Origin: Eledone cirrhosa
Lineage: Eukaryota
DNA: 64,000 nucleotides
Direction of reading: 5' to 3'
Assembly: GCA_964016885.1 (NCBI GenBank)
Contig: OZ024760.1
Span: 32,674,001 to 32,738,000 of the forward strand
The position numbers were made by a program, and so were the translations under genes. The notes beneath the pieces were generated by a model that was not told where the DNA came from, made no database searches, and was given only the letters and a program-made list of their open reading frames with translations. This document shows positions 38,901-52,800 of the stretch, one piece after another. Each line of letters opens with the position of its first letter. Within the stretch, counting starts at the first letter, position 1.

Positions 38901-41900
38901 TCCACACTGTACAGTGGTTGTGTAGGTCTCAAGACAGAAAGCACCTGGTCCACCCTGTACAGTGGTTGTGTAGGTCTCTAGACAGAAAGCACCCAGTCCA
39001 TCCTGTACAGTGGTTGTGTAGGTCTCAAGACAGAAAGCACCAGTCCACCTTGTATAGTGGTTGTGTAGGTCTCAAGACAGAAATCACCCAGTCCACCCTG
39101 TACAGTGGTTGTGTAGGTCTCAAGACAGAAATCACCCAGTCCTCCCTGTACAGTGGTTGTGTATGTCTCAAGACAGAAATCACCCAGTCCACACTGTACA
39201 GTGGTTGTGTAGGTCTCAAGACAGAAAGCACCCGGTCCACACTGTACAGTGGTTGTGTAGGTCTCAAGACAGAACGTGCCCAGTCCAACTTGTACAGTGG
39301 TTGTGTAGGTCTCAAGACAGAAAGCACCCAGTCCACCCTGTACAGTGGTTGTGTAGGTCTCAAGACAGAAAGCACCCCGTTTACACTGTACAGTGGTTGT
39401 GTAGGTCTCAAGACAGAAAGCACCCCGTGCACCCTGTACAGTGGTTGTGTAGGTCTCAAGACAGAAAGCACCCGGTCCACACTGTACAGTGGTTGTGTAG
39501 GTCTCAAGACAGAAATCACCCAGTCCAACTTGTACAGTGGTTGTGTAGGTCTCAATTCAGAAAGCACCCAGTCCACCCTGTACAGTGGTTGTGTAGGTCT
39601 CAAGACAGAAAGCACCCCGTGCACACTGTACAGTGGTTGTGTAGGTCTCAAGACAGAAAGCACCCAGTCCACCCTGTACAGTGGTTGTGTAGGTCTCAAG
39701 ACAGAAAGCACCCGGTCCACACTGTACAGTGGTTGTGTAGGTCTCAAGACAGAAAGCACCCAGTCCTCCCTGTACAGTGGTTGTGTAGGTCTCAAGACAG
39801 AAAGCACCCAGTCCACCCTGTACAGTGGTTGTGTAGGTCTCAAGACAGAAAGCACCCGGTCCACACTGTACAGTGGTTGCGTAGGTCTCAAGACAGAACG
39901 TGCCCAGTCCAACTTGTACAGTGGTTGTGTAGGTCTCAAGACAGAAAGCACCCAGTCCACCCTGTACAGTGGCTGTGTAGGTCTCAATTCAGAAAGCACC
40001 CAGTCCACCCTGTACAGTGGTTGTGTAGGTCTCAAGACAGAAAGCACCCGGTCCACACTGTACAGTGGTTGTGTAGGTCTCAAGACAGAAAGCACCCAGT
40101 CCTCCCTCTACAGTGGTTGTGTAGGTCTCAAGACAGAAAGCACCCAGTCCACCCTGTACAGTGGTTGTGTAGGTCTCAAGACAGAAAGCACCCGGTCCAC
40201 ACTGTACAGTGGTTGCGTAGGTCTCAAGACAGAACGTGCCCAGTCCAACTTGTACAGTGGTTGTGTAGGTCTCAAGACAGAAAGCACCCAGTCCACCCTG
40301 TACAGTGGTTGTGTAGGTCTCAATTCAGAAAGCACCCAGTCCACCCTGTACAGTGGTTGTGTAGGTCTCAAGACAGAAAGCACCCCGTGCACACTGTACA
40401 GTGGTTGTGTAGGTCTCAAGACAGAAAGCACCCAGTCCACCATGTACAGTGGTTGTGTAGGTCTCAAGACAGAAAGCACCCGGTCCACACTGTACAGTGG
40501 TTGTGTAGGTCTCAAGACAGAAAGCACCCAGTCCACCCTGTACAGTGGTTGTGTAGGTCTCAAGACAGAAAGCACCCAGTCCACCCTGTACAGTGGTTGT
40601 GTAGGTCTCAAGACAGAAAGAACCCAGTCCACCCTGTACAGTGGTTGTGTAGGTCTCAAGACAGAAAACACCCAGTCCACACTGTACAGTGGTTGTGTAG
40701 GTCTCAAGACAGAAAGCACCCAGTCCACCCTGTACAGTGGTTGTGTAGGTCTCAAGACAGAAAGTGCCCAGTCCACCCTGTACAGTGGTTGTGTAGGTCT
40801 CAAGACAGAAAGCACCCAGTCCACCCTGTACAGTGGTTGTGTAGGTCTCAAGACAGAAAGCACCCAGTCCACCCTGTACAGTAGTTGTGTAGGTCTCAAG
40901 ACAGAAAGAACCCAGTCCACACTGAACAGTGGTTGTGTAGGTCTCAAGACAGAATGCACCCAGTCAACCCTGTACAGTGGTCGTGTAGGTATCAAGACAG
41001 AAAGCACCCAGTCCACCCTGTACAGTGGTTGTGTAGGTCTCGAGACAGAAAGTGCCCAGTCCACCCTGTACAGTGGTTGTGTAGGTCTCAAGACAGAAAG
41101 CACCCAGTCCACCATGTACAGTGGTTGTGTAGGTCTCAAGACAGAAATAACCCAGTCCACCCTGTACAGTGGTTGTGTAGGTGTGAAGACAGAAAGCACC
41201 CAGTCCACAGTGTACAGTGGTTGTGTAGGTCTCTAGACAGAAAGCACCCAGTCCATCGTGTACAGTGGTAGTGTAGGCCTCAAGACAGAAAGCACCCAGT
41301 CCACCTTGTACATTGGTTCTGTAGGTCTCAAAACAGAAAGTGCCCAGTCCACCCTGTACAGTGGTTGTGTAGGTCTCAAGACAGAAACACCCAGTCCACC
41401 CTGTAGAGTGGTTGTGTATGTCTCAAGACAGGAAGCACCCAGTCCACCCTGTCCAGTGGTTGTGTAGGTCTCAAGACAGAAAGCACCCAGTCCACACTGT
41501 ACAGTGGTTGTGTAGATCTCAAGACAGAAAGCACCCAGTCCACCGTGTACAGTGGTAGTGTAGGTCTCAAGACAGAAAGCACCCAGTCCATCCTGTACAG
41601 TGGTTGTGTAGGTCTCAAGACAGAAAGCACCCGGTCCACACTGTACAGTGGTTGTGTAGGTCTCAAGACAGAAAGCACCCAGTCCTCCCTGTGCAGTGGT
41701 TGTGTAGGTCTCAAGACAGAAAGCACCCAGTCCACCCTGTACAGTGGTTGTGTAGGTCTCAAGACAGAAAGCACCCGGTCCACACTGTACAGTGGTTGCG
41801 TAGGTCTCAAGACAGAACGTGCCCAGTCCAACTTGTACAGTGGTTGTGTAGGTCTCAAGACAGAAAGCACCCAGTCCACCCTGTACAGTGGTTGTGTAGG

Positions 41901-44900
41901 TCTCAATTCAGAAAGCACCCAGTCCACCCTGTACAGTGGTTGTGTAGGTCTCAAGACAGAAAGCACCCGGTCCACACTGTACAGTGGTTGCGTAGGTCTC
42001 AAGACAGAACGTGCCCAGTCCAACTTGTACAGTGGTTGTGTAAGTCTCAAGACAGAAAGCACCCCGTGCACACTGTACAGTGGTTGTGTAGGTCTCAAGA
42101 CAGAAAGCACCCAGTCCACCCTGTACAGTGGTTGTGTAGGTCTCAAGACAGAAAGCACCCGGTCCACACTGTACAGTGGTTGTGTAGGTCTCAAGACAGA
42201 AAGCACCCAGTCCACCCTCTACAGTGGTTGTGTAGGTCTCAAGACAGAAAGCACCCAGTCCACCCTGTACAGTGGTTTTGTAGGTCTCAAGACAGAAAGA
42301 ACCCAGTCCACCCTGTACAGTGGTTGTGTAGGTCTCAAGACAGAAAACACCCAGTCCACACTGTACAGTGGTTGTGTAGGTCTCAAGACAGAAAGCACCC
42401 AGTCCACCCTGTAGAGTGGTTGTGTAGGTCTCAAGACAGAAAGAACCCAGTCCACACCGTAAAGTGGTTGTGTAGGTCTCAAGACAGAAAGCACCCAGTC
42501 CACACTGTACAGTGGTTGTGTAGGTCTCAAGACAGAAAGTGCCCAGTCCACCCTGTACAGTGGTTGTGTAGGTCTCAAGACAGAAAGCACCCAGTCCACC
42601 CTGTACAGTGGTTGTGTAGGTGTCAAGACAGAAAGCACCCAGTCCATAGTGTACAGTGGTTGTGTAGGTCTAAAGACAGAAAGCACATGGTCCACCCTGT
42701 ACAGTGGTTGTGTAGGTCTCTAGACAGAAAGCACCCAGTCCATCCTGTACTGTGGTTGTGTAGGTCTCAAGACAGAAAGCACCAGTCCACCTTGTATAGT
42801 GGTTGTGTAGGTCTCAAGACAGAAATCACCCAGTCCACCCTGTACAGTGGTTGTGTAGGTCTCAAGACAGAAATCACCCAGTCCTCCCTGTATAGTGGTT
42901 GTGTAGGTCTCAAGACAGAAAGCACCCAGTCCATCCTGTACAGTGGTTGTGTAGGTCTCAAGACAGAAAGCACCCGGTCCACACTGTACAGTGGTTGTGT
43001 AGGTCTCAAGACAGAAAGCACCCAGTCCTCCCTGTACAGTGGTTGTGTAGGTCTCAAGACAGAAAGCACCCAGTCCACCCTGTACAGTGGTTGTGTAGGT
43101 CTCAAGACAGAAAGCACCCGGTCCACACTGTACAGTGGTTGTGTAGGTCTCAAGACAGAACGTGCCCAGTCCAACTTGTACAGTGGTTGTGTAGGTCTCA
43201 AGACAGAAAGCACCCAGTCCACCCTGTACAGTGGTTGTGTAGGTCTCAAGACAGAAAGCACCCCGTTTACACTGTACAGTGGTTGTGTAGGTCTCAAGAC
43301 AGAAAGCACCCAGTCCACCCTGTACAGTGGTTGTGTAGGTCTCAAGACAGAAATAACCCAGTCCACCCTGTACAGTGGTTGTGTAGGTGTGAAGACAGAA
43401 AGCACAGTCCACAGTGTACAGTGGTTGTGTAGGTCTCTAGACAGAAAGCACCCAGTCCATCCTGTACAGTGGTAGTGTAGGTCTCAAGACAGAAAGCACC
43501 CAGTCCACCTTGTACAGTGGTTGTGTAGGTCTCAAAACAGAAAGTGCCCAGTCCACCCTGTACAGTGGTTGTGTAGGTCTCAAGACAGAAATCACCCAGT
43601 CCACCCAGTAGAGTGGTTGTGTATGTCTCAAGACAGAAAGCACCCAGTCCATCCTGTACAGTGGTAGTGTAGGTCTCAAGACAGAAAGCACCCAGTCCAT
43701 CCTGTACAGTGGTTGTGTAGGTCTCAAGACAGAAAGCACCCGGTCCACACTGTACAGTGGTTGTGTAGGTCTCAAGACAGAAAGCACCCAGTCCTCCCTG
43801 TACAGTGGTTGTGTAGGTCTCAAGACAGAAAGCACCCAGTCCACCCTGTACAATGGTTGTGTAGGTCTCAAGACAGAAAGCACCCGGTCCACACTGTACA
43901 GTGGTTGCGTAGGTCTCAAGACAGAACGTGCCCAGTCCAACTTGTACAGTGGTTGTGTAGGTCTCAAGACAGAAAGCACCCAGTCCACCCTGTACAGTGT
44001 TTGTGTAGGTCTCAATTCAGAAAGCACCCCGTCCACCCTGTACAGTGGTTGTGTAGGTCTCAAGACAGAAAGCACCCCGTGCACCCTGTACAGTGGTTGT
44101 GTAGGTCTCAAGACAGAAAGCACCCAGTCCACCCTGTACAGTGGTTGTGTAGGTCTCAAGACAGAAAGCAGCCGGTCCACACTGTACAGTGGTTGTGTAG
44201 GTCTCAAGACAGAAAGCACCCAGTCCTCCCTGTACAGTGGTTGTGTAGGTCTCAAGACAGAAAGCACCCGGTCCACACTGCACAGTGGTTGCGTAGGTCT
44301 CAAGACAGAACGTGCCCAGTCCAACTTGTACAGTGGTTGTGTAGGTCTCAAGACAGAAAGCACCCAGTCCACCCTGTACAGTGGTTGTGTAGGTCTCAAT
44401 TAAGAAAGCACACATTCCACCCTGTACAGTGGTTGTGTAGGTCTCAAGACAGAAAGCACCCCGTGCACACTGTACAGTGGTTGTGTAGGTCTCAAGACAG
44501 AAAGTACCCAGTCCACCCTGTACAGTGGTTGTGTAGGTCTCAAGACAGAAAGCACCCGGTCCACACTGTACAGTGGTTGTGTAGGTCTCAAGACAGAAAG
44601 CACCCAGTCCACCCTGTACAGTGGTTGTGTAGGTCTCAAGACAGAAAGCACCCAGTCCACCCTGTACAGTGGTTGTGTAGGTCTCAAGACAGAAAGCACC
44701 CAGTCCACCCTGTACAGTGTTTGTGTAGGTCTCAAGACAGAAAGCACCCAGTCCACCCTGTAGAGTGGTTGTGTAGGTCTCAAGACAGAAAGCACCCAGT
44801 CCACCCTGTACAGCGGTTGTGTAGGTCTCAAGACAGAAAGCACCCAGTCCACCCTGTACATTGGTTGTGTAGGTCTCAAGACAGAAAGCACCCAGTCCAC

Positions 44901-46830
44901 ACTGTACAGTGGTTGTGTAGGTCTCAAGATAGAAAGCACCCAGTCCACCCTGTACAGTGGTTGTGTAGGTCTCAAGACAGAAAGTGCCCAGTCCACCCTG
45001 TACAGTGGTTGTGTAGGTCTCAAGACAGAAAGCACCCAGTCTACAGTGTACAGTGGTTGTGTAGGTCTCTAGACAGAAAGCACCCAGTCCATCCTGTACA
45101 GTGGTTGTGTAGGTCTCAAGACAGAAATCACCCAGTCCACCCAGTACAGTGGTTGTGTAGGTCTAGAGACAGAAAGCACCCAGTCCACCCTGTACAGTGG
45201 TTATGTAGGTCTCAAGACAGAAATCACCCAGTCCACCCTGTACAGTAGTTGTGTAGGTGTCAAGACAGAAAGCACACAGTCCACAGCGTACAGTGGTTGT
45301 GTAGGTCTCTAGACAGAAAGCACCCAGTCCATCCTGTACAGTGGTCGTGTAGGTCTCAAGACAGAAATAACCCAGTCCACCCTGTACAGTGGTTGTGTAG
45401 GTCTCAAGACAGAAAGCACCCAGTCCACCCTGTACAGTGGTTGTGTAGGTCTCAAGACAGAAAGCACCCAGTCCACCCTGTACAGTGGTTGTGTAGGTGT
45501 CAAGACAGAAAGCACCCAGTCCACAGTGTACAGTGGTTGTGTAGGTCTCTAGACAGAAAGCACCAAGTCCATCCTGTACAGTGGTTGTGTAGGTCTCAAG
45601 ACAGAAATCACCCAGTCCACACTGTACAGTGGTTGTGTAGGTCTCAAGACAGAAAGCCCCCAGTCCACACTGTACAGTGGTTGTGTAGGTCTCAAGACAG
45701 AAAGCACATGGTCCACCCTGTACAGTGGTTGTGTAGGTCTCTAGACAGAAAGCACCCAGTCCATCCTGTACAGTGGTTGTGTAGGTCTCAAGACAGAAAG
45801 CACCAGTCCACCTTGTACAGTGGTTGTGTAGGTCTCAAGACAGAAATCACCCAGTCCACCCTGTACAGTGGTTGTGTAGGTCTCAAGACAGAAATCACCC
45901 AGTCCTCCCTGTATAGTGGTTGTGTAGGTCTCAAGACAGAAAGCACCCAGTCCATCCTGTACAGTGGTTGTGTAGGTCTCAAGACAGAAAGCACCCGGTC
46001 CACACTGTACAGTGGTTGTGTAGGTCTCAAGACAGAAAGCACCCAGTCCTCCCTGTACAGTGGTTGTGTAGATCTCAAGACAGAAAGCACCCAGTCCACC
46101 CTGTACAGTGGTTGTGTAGGTCTCAAGACAGAAAGCACCCGGTCCACACTGTACAGTGGTTGTGTAGGTCTCAAGACAGAACGTGCCCAGTCCAACTTGT
46201 ACAGTGGTTGTGTAGGTCTCAAGACAGAAAGCACCCAGTCCACCCTGTACCGTGGTTGTGTAGGTCTCAAGACAGAAAGCACCCAGTCCACCCTGTACAG
46301 TGGTTGTGTAGGTCTCAAGACAGAAATAACCCAGTCCACCCTGTACAGTGGTTGTGTAGGTATGAAGACAGGAAGCACCCAGTCCACAGTGTACAGTGGT
46401 TGTGTAGGTCTCTAGACAGAAAGCACCCAGTCCATCCTGTACAGTGGTAGTGTAGGTCTCAAGACAGAAAGCACCCAGTCCACCTTGTACAGTGGTTGTG
46501 TAGGTCTCAAGACAGAAAGCATCCCGTGCACACTGTACAGTGGTTGTGTAGGTCTCAAGACAGAAAGCACCCAGTCCACCCTGTACAGTGGTTGTGTAGG
46601 TCTCAAGACAGAAAGCACCCGGTCCACACTGTACAGTGGTTGTGTAGGTCTCAAGACAGAAAGCACCCAGTCCACCCTGTACAGTGGTTGTGTAGGTCTC
46701 AAGACAGAAAGCACCCAGTCCACCCTGTACAGTGGTTGTGTAGGTCTCAAGACAGAAAGAACCCAGTCCACCCTGTACAGTGGTTGTGTAGGTCTCAAGA
46801 CAGAAAACACCCAGTCCACACTGTACAGTG

Positions 46831-49800
46831 GTTGTGTAGGTCTCAAGACAGAAAGCACCCAGTCCACCCTGTAGAGTGGTTGTGTAGGTCTCAAGACAGA
46901 AAGAACCCAGTCCCCACCGTAAAGTGGTTGTGTAGGTCTCAAGACAGAAAGCACCCAGTCCACACTGTACAGTGGTTGTGTAGGTCTCAAGATAGAAAGC
47001 ACCCAGTCCACCCTGTACAGTGGTTGTGTAGGTCTCAAGACAGAAAGTGCCCAGTCCACCCTGTACAGTGGTTGTGTAGGTCTCAAGACAGAAAGCACCC
47101 AGTCTACAGTATACAGTGGTTGTGTAGGTCTCTAGACAGAAAGCACCCAGTCCATCCTGTACAGTGGTTGTGTAGGTCTCAAGACAGAAATCACCCAGTC
47201 CACCCAGTACAGTGGTTGTGTAGGTCTAGAGACAGAAAGCACCCAGTCCACCCTGTACAGTGGTTATGTAGGTCTCAAGACAGAAAGCACCCAGTCCACC
47301 CTGTACAGTAGTTGTGTAGGTGTCAAGACAGAAACACACAGTCCACAGTGTACAGTGGTTGTGTAGGTCTCTAGACAGAAAGCACCCAGTCCATCCTGTA
47401 CAGTGGTCGTGTAGGTCTCAAGACAGAAATCACCCAGTGCACCCTGTACAGTGGTTGTGTAGGTCTCAAGACAGAAAGCACCCAGTCCACCCTGTACAGT
47501 GGTTGTGTAGGTCTCAAGAAAGAAAGCACCCAGTCCACCCTGTACAGTGGTTGTGTAGGTGTCAAGACAGAAAGCACCCAGTCCACAGTGTACAGTGGTT
47601 GTGTAGGTCTCTAGACAGAAAGCACCAAGTCCATCCTGTACAGTGGTTGTGTAGGTCTCAAGACAGAAATCACCCAGTCCACACTGTACAGTGGTTGTGT
47701 AGGTCTCAAGACAGAAAGCACCCAGTCCACCCTGTACAGTGGTTATGTAGGTCTCAATACAGAAAGCACCCGGTCCACACTGTACAGTGGTTGTGTAGGT
47801 CTCAAGACAGAAAGTGCCCAGTCCACCCTGTACAGTGGTTGTGTAGGTCTCAAGACAGAAATCACCCAGTCCACCCTGTACAGTGGTTGTGTAGGTCTTA
47901 AGACAGAAAACACCCAGTCCACACTGTACATTGGTTGTGTAGGTCTCAAGACAGAAAGCACCCAGTCCACCCTGTAGAGTGGTTGTGTAGGTCTCAAGAC
48001 AGAAAGAGCCCAGTCCACACTGTACAGTGGTTGTGTAGGTCTCAAGACAGAAAGCACCCAGTCCACACTGTACAGTGGTTGTGTAGGTCTCAAGATAGAA
48101 AGCACCCAGTCCACCCTGTACAGTAGTTGTGTAGGTCTCAAGACAGAAAGTGCCCAGTCCACCCTGTACAGTGGTTGTGTAGGTCTCAAGACAGAAATCA
48201 CCCAGTCCACCCTGTACAGTGGTTTTGTAGGTCTCAAGACAGAAAGCAACCAGTCCACCCTGTACATTGGTTATGTAGGTCTCAAGACAGAAATCACCCA
48301 GTACACCCTGTACAGTGGTCGTGTAGGTCTCAAGACAGAAAGCACCCAGTCCACCCTGTACAGTGGCTGTGTAGGTCTCAAGACAGAAAGCATGCAGTCC
48401 ACCATGAACATTGGTTGTGTAGGTCACAAGACAGAAATCACCGAGTCCACCCTGTACAGTGGTTGTGCAGGTCTCAAGACAGGAAGCACCCAGTCCACCC
48501 TGTACAGTGGTTGTGTAGGTCTCAAGACAGAAAGCACCCGGTCCACACTGTACAGTTGTTCTGTAGGTCTCAAGACAGAAAGCACCCAGTACTCACTGTA
48601 CAGTGCTTGTGTAGGTCTCAAGACAGAAAGCACCCAGTACTCACTGTACAGTGGTTGTGCAGGTCTCAAGTCAGAAATCACCCAGTCCACCCTGTACAGT
48701 GGTTGTGTAGGTCTCAAGTCAGAAAGCACCCAGTCCACCCTGTACAGTGGTTGTGTAGGTCTCAAGTCAGAAAGCACCCAGTCCACCCTGTACAGTGGTT
48801 GAGTAGGTCTCAAGACAGAAAGCACACAGTCCACTCTGTACAGTGGTTGTGTAGGTCAAGACAGAGAGCACCCAGTCCAAACTGTACAGTGGTTGTGTAG
48901 GTCTCAAGACAGAAATCCCCCAGTTCACCATGTACAGTGATTGTGTAGATCTCAAGACAGAAAGCACCCAGTCCACACTGTACAGTGTTTGTGTAGCTCT
49001 CAAGACAGAACGCACCCAGTCCACACTGTACAGTGGTGGTGTAGGTCTCAAGACAGAAATCACCCAGTCCACCATGTACAGTGGTTGTGTAGGTCTCAAG
49101 ACAGAAAGCACCCAGTCCACCCTGTACAGTGGTTGTGTAGGTCTCAAGACAGAAAGCAATCAGTCCACACTGTACAGTCGTTGTGTAGGTCTCAAGACAG
49201 AAATCACCCACTCCACCCTGTACAGTGGTTGTGTAGGTCTCAAGACAGAAAGCACCCAGTCCACCCTGTACAGTGGTTGTGTAAGTTTCAAGACAGAAAG
49301 CACCCAGTCCACAGTGTACAGTGGTTGTGTATGTCTCTAGACAGAAAGCACCCAGTCCATCCTCTACAGTGGTTGTGTAGGTCTCAAGACAGAAAGCACA
49401 CAGTCCACCTTGTACAGTGGTTGTGTAGGTCTCAAGACAGAAAGTGCCCAGTCCACCCTTTACAGTGGTTGTGTAGGTCTCAAGACAGAAAGCACCCAGT
49501 CCACCCTGTACAGTGGTTGTGTAGGTCTCAAGACAGAAAGTGCCCAGTCCACCCTGTACAGTGGTTGTGTAGGTCTCAAGACAGAAAGCACCCAGTCCAC
49601 CCTGTACAGTGGTTGTGTAGGTCTCAAGACAGAAATCACCCAGTTCACCCTGTACAGTGGTTGTGTAGGTCTCAAGACAGAAATCACCCAGTCCACCCTG
49701 TACAGTGGTTGTGTAGGTCTCAAGACAGAAAGCACCCAGTCCACCCTGTACAGTGTTTGTGTAGGTCTCAAGACAGAAAGAACCCAGTCCACACTGTACA

Positions 49801-52800
49801 GTGGTTGTATAGGTCTCAAGACAGAAAGCACCCAGTCCAGTCTGTACAATGGTTGTATAGGTCTCAAGACAGAAAGTGCCCAGCCCACCCTGTACAGTGG
49901 TTGTGTAGGTCTCAAGACAGAAAGCACCCAGTCCACCCTGTACAGTGGTTGTGTAGGTCTCAAGACAGAAGGTGCCCAGTCCACCCTGTACAGTGGTTGT
50001 GTAGGTCTCAAGACAGAAATCACCCAGTCCACCCTGTACAGTGTTTGTGTAGGTCTCAAGACAGAAAGAACCCAGTCCACACTGTACAGTGGTTGTGTAG
50101 GTCTCAAGACAGAAAGCACACAGTCCACCCTGTACAGTGGTTGTGTAGGTCTCAAGACAGAAAGTGCCCAGTCCACCCTGTACAGTGGTTGTGTAGGTCT
50201 CAAGACAGAAAGCACCCAGTCCAACCTGTACAGTGGTTGTGTAGGTCTCAAGACAGAAAGCACCCAGTCCACCCTGTACAGTAGTTGTGTAGGTCTCAAG
50301 ACAGAAAGAACCCAGTCCACACTGAACAGTGGTTGTGTAGGTCTCAAGACAGAATGCACCCAGTCCACCCTGTACAGTGGTCGTGTAGGTCTCAAGACAG
50401 AAAGCACCCAGTCCACCCTGTACAGTGGTTGTGTAGGTCTCGAGACAGAAAGTGCCCAGTCCACCCTGTACAGTGGTTGTGTAGGTATCAAGACATAAAG
50501 CACCCAGTCCACCATGTACAGTGGTTGTGTAGGTCTCAAGACAGAAAGCACCCAGTCCACCTTGTACAGTGGTTGTGTAGGTCTCAAGATAGAAAGCACC
50601 CAGTCCACCCTGTACAGTGGTTGTGTAGGTCTCAAGACAGAAAGTGCCCAGTCCACCCTGTACAGTGGTTGTGTAGGTCTCAAGACAGAAAGCACCCAGT
50701 CCACCCTGTAGAGTGGTTGTGTAGGTCTCAAGACAGAAAGAACCCAGTCCCCACCGTAAAGTGGTTGTGTAGGTCTCAAGACAGAAAGCACCCAGTCCAC
50801 ACTGTACAGTGGTTGTGTAGGTCTCAAGATAGAAAGCACCCAGTCCACCCTGTACAGTGGTTGTGTAGGTCTCAAGACAGAAAGTGCCCAGTCCACCCTG
50901 TACAGTGGTTGTGTAGGTCTCAAGACAGAAAGCACCCAGTCTACAGTATACAGTGGTTGTGTAGGTCTCTAGACAGAAAGCACCCAGTCCATCCTGTACA
51001 GTGGTTGTGTAGGTCTCAAGACAGAAATCACCCAGTCCACCCAGTACAGTGGTTGTGTAGGTCTAGAGACAGAAAGCACCCAGTCCACCCTGTACAGTGG
51101 TTATGTAGGTCTCAAGACAGAATGCACCCAGTCCACCCTGTACAGTAGTTGTGTAGGTGTCAAGACAGAAACACACAGTCCACAGTGTACAGTGGTTGTG
51201 TAGGTCTCTAGACAGAAAGCACCCAGTCCATCCTGTACAGTGGTCGTGTAGGTCTCAAGACAGAAATCACCCAGTGCACCCTGTACAGTGGTTGTGTAGG
51301 TCTCAAGACAGAAAGCACCCAGTCCACCCTGTACAGTGGTTGTGTAGGTCTCAAGACAGAAAGCACCCAGTCCACCCTGTACAGTGGTTGTGTAGGTGTC
51401 AAGACAGAAAGCACCCAGTCCACAGTGTACAGTGGTTGTGTAGGTCTCTAGACAGAAAGCACCAAGTCCATCCTGTACAGTGGTTGTGTAGGTCTCAAGA
51501 CAGAAATCACCCAGTCCACACTGTACAGTGGTTGTGTAGGTCTCAAGACAGAAAGCACCCAGTCCACCCTGTACAGTGGTTATGTAGGTCTCAAGACAGA
51601 AAGCACCCGGTCCACACTGTACAGTGGTTGTGTAGGTCTCAAGACAGAAAGTGCCCAGTCCACCCTGTACAGTGGTTGTGTAGGTCTCAAGACAGAAATC
51701 ACCCAATCCACCCTGTACAGTGGTTGTGTAGGTCTTAAGACAGAAAACACCCAGTCCACACTGTACATTGGTTGTGTAGGTCTCAAGACAGAATGCACCC
51801 AGTCCACCCTGTAGAGTGGTTGTGTAGGTCTCAAGACAGAAAGAGCCCAGTCCACACTGTACAGTGGTTGTGTAGGTCTCAAGACAGAAAGCACCCAGTC
51901 CACACTGTACAGTGGTTGTGTAGGTCTCAAGACAGAAAGTGCCCAGTCCACCCTGTACAGTGGTTGTGTAGGTCTCAAGACAGAAAGCAACCAGTCCACC
52001 CTGTACATTGGTTATGTAGGTCTCAAGACAGAAATCACCCAGTACACCCTGTACAGTGGTCGTGTAGGTCTCAAGACAGAAAGCACCCAGTCCACCCTGT
52101 ACAGTGGCTGTGTAGGTCTCAAGACAGAAAGCATGCAGTCCACCATGAACATTGGTTGTGTAGGTCACAAGACAGAAATCACCGAGTCCACCCTGTACAG
52201 TGGTTGTGCAGGTCTCAAGACAGGAAGCACCCAGTCCACCCTGTACAGTGGTTGTGTAGGTCTCAAGACAGAAAGCACCCGGTCCACACTGTACAGTTGT
52301 TCTGTAGGTCTCAAGACAGAAAGCACCCAGTACTCACTGTACAGTGCTTGTGTAGGTCTCAAGACAGAAAGCACCCAGTACTCACTGTACAGTGGTTGTG
52401 CAGGTCTCAAGTCAGAAATCACCCAGTCCACCCTGTACAGTGGTTGTGTAGGTCTCAAGTCAGAAAGCACCCAGTCCACCCTGTACAGTGGTTGTGTAGG
52501 TCAAGACAGAGAGCACCCAGTCCAAACTGTATAGTGGTTGTGTAGGTCTCAAGACAGAAAGCACCCAGTCCACCCTGTACAGTGGTTGTGTAGGCCTCAA
52601 GTCAGAAAGCACCTAGTCCACCCTGTACAGTGGTTGTGTAGGTCTCAAGACAGAAATCCCCCAGTCCACCATGTACAGTGATTGTGTAGATCTCAAGACA
52701 GAAAGCACCCAGTCCACACTGTACAGTATTTGTGTAGCTCTCAAGACAGAACGCACCCAGTCCACACTGTACAGTGGTTGTGTAGGTCTCAAGACAGAAA

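Noticed and set aside
38486-41236. Ser/Thr-rich frame as a mucin-like VNTR exon (48-bp repeats occur in MUC4)
   Set aside because: The peptide lacks a Pro-rich PTS character and has Cys and Tyr in each unit. It is repeatedly broken by stop codons (CTCTAG, CTGTAG) and 1-2 bp deletions. Only the unit length matches.
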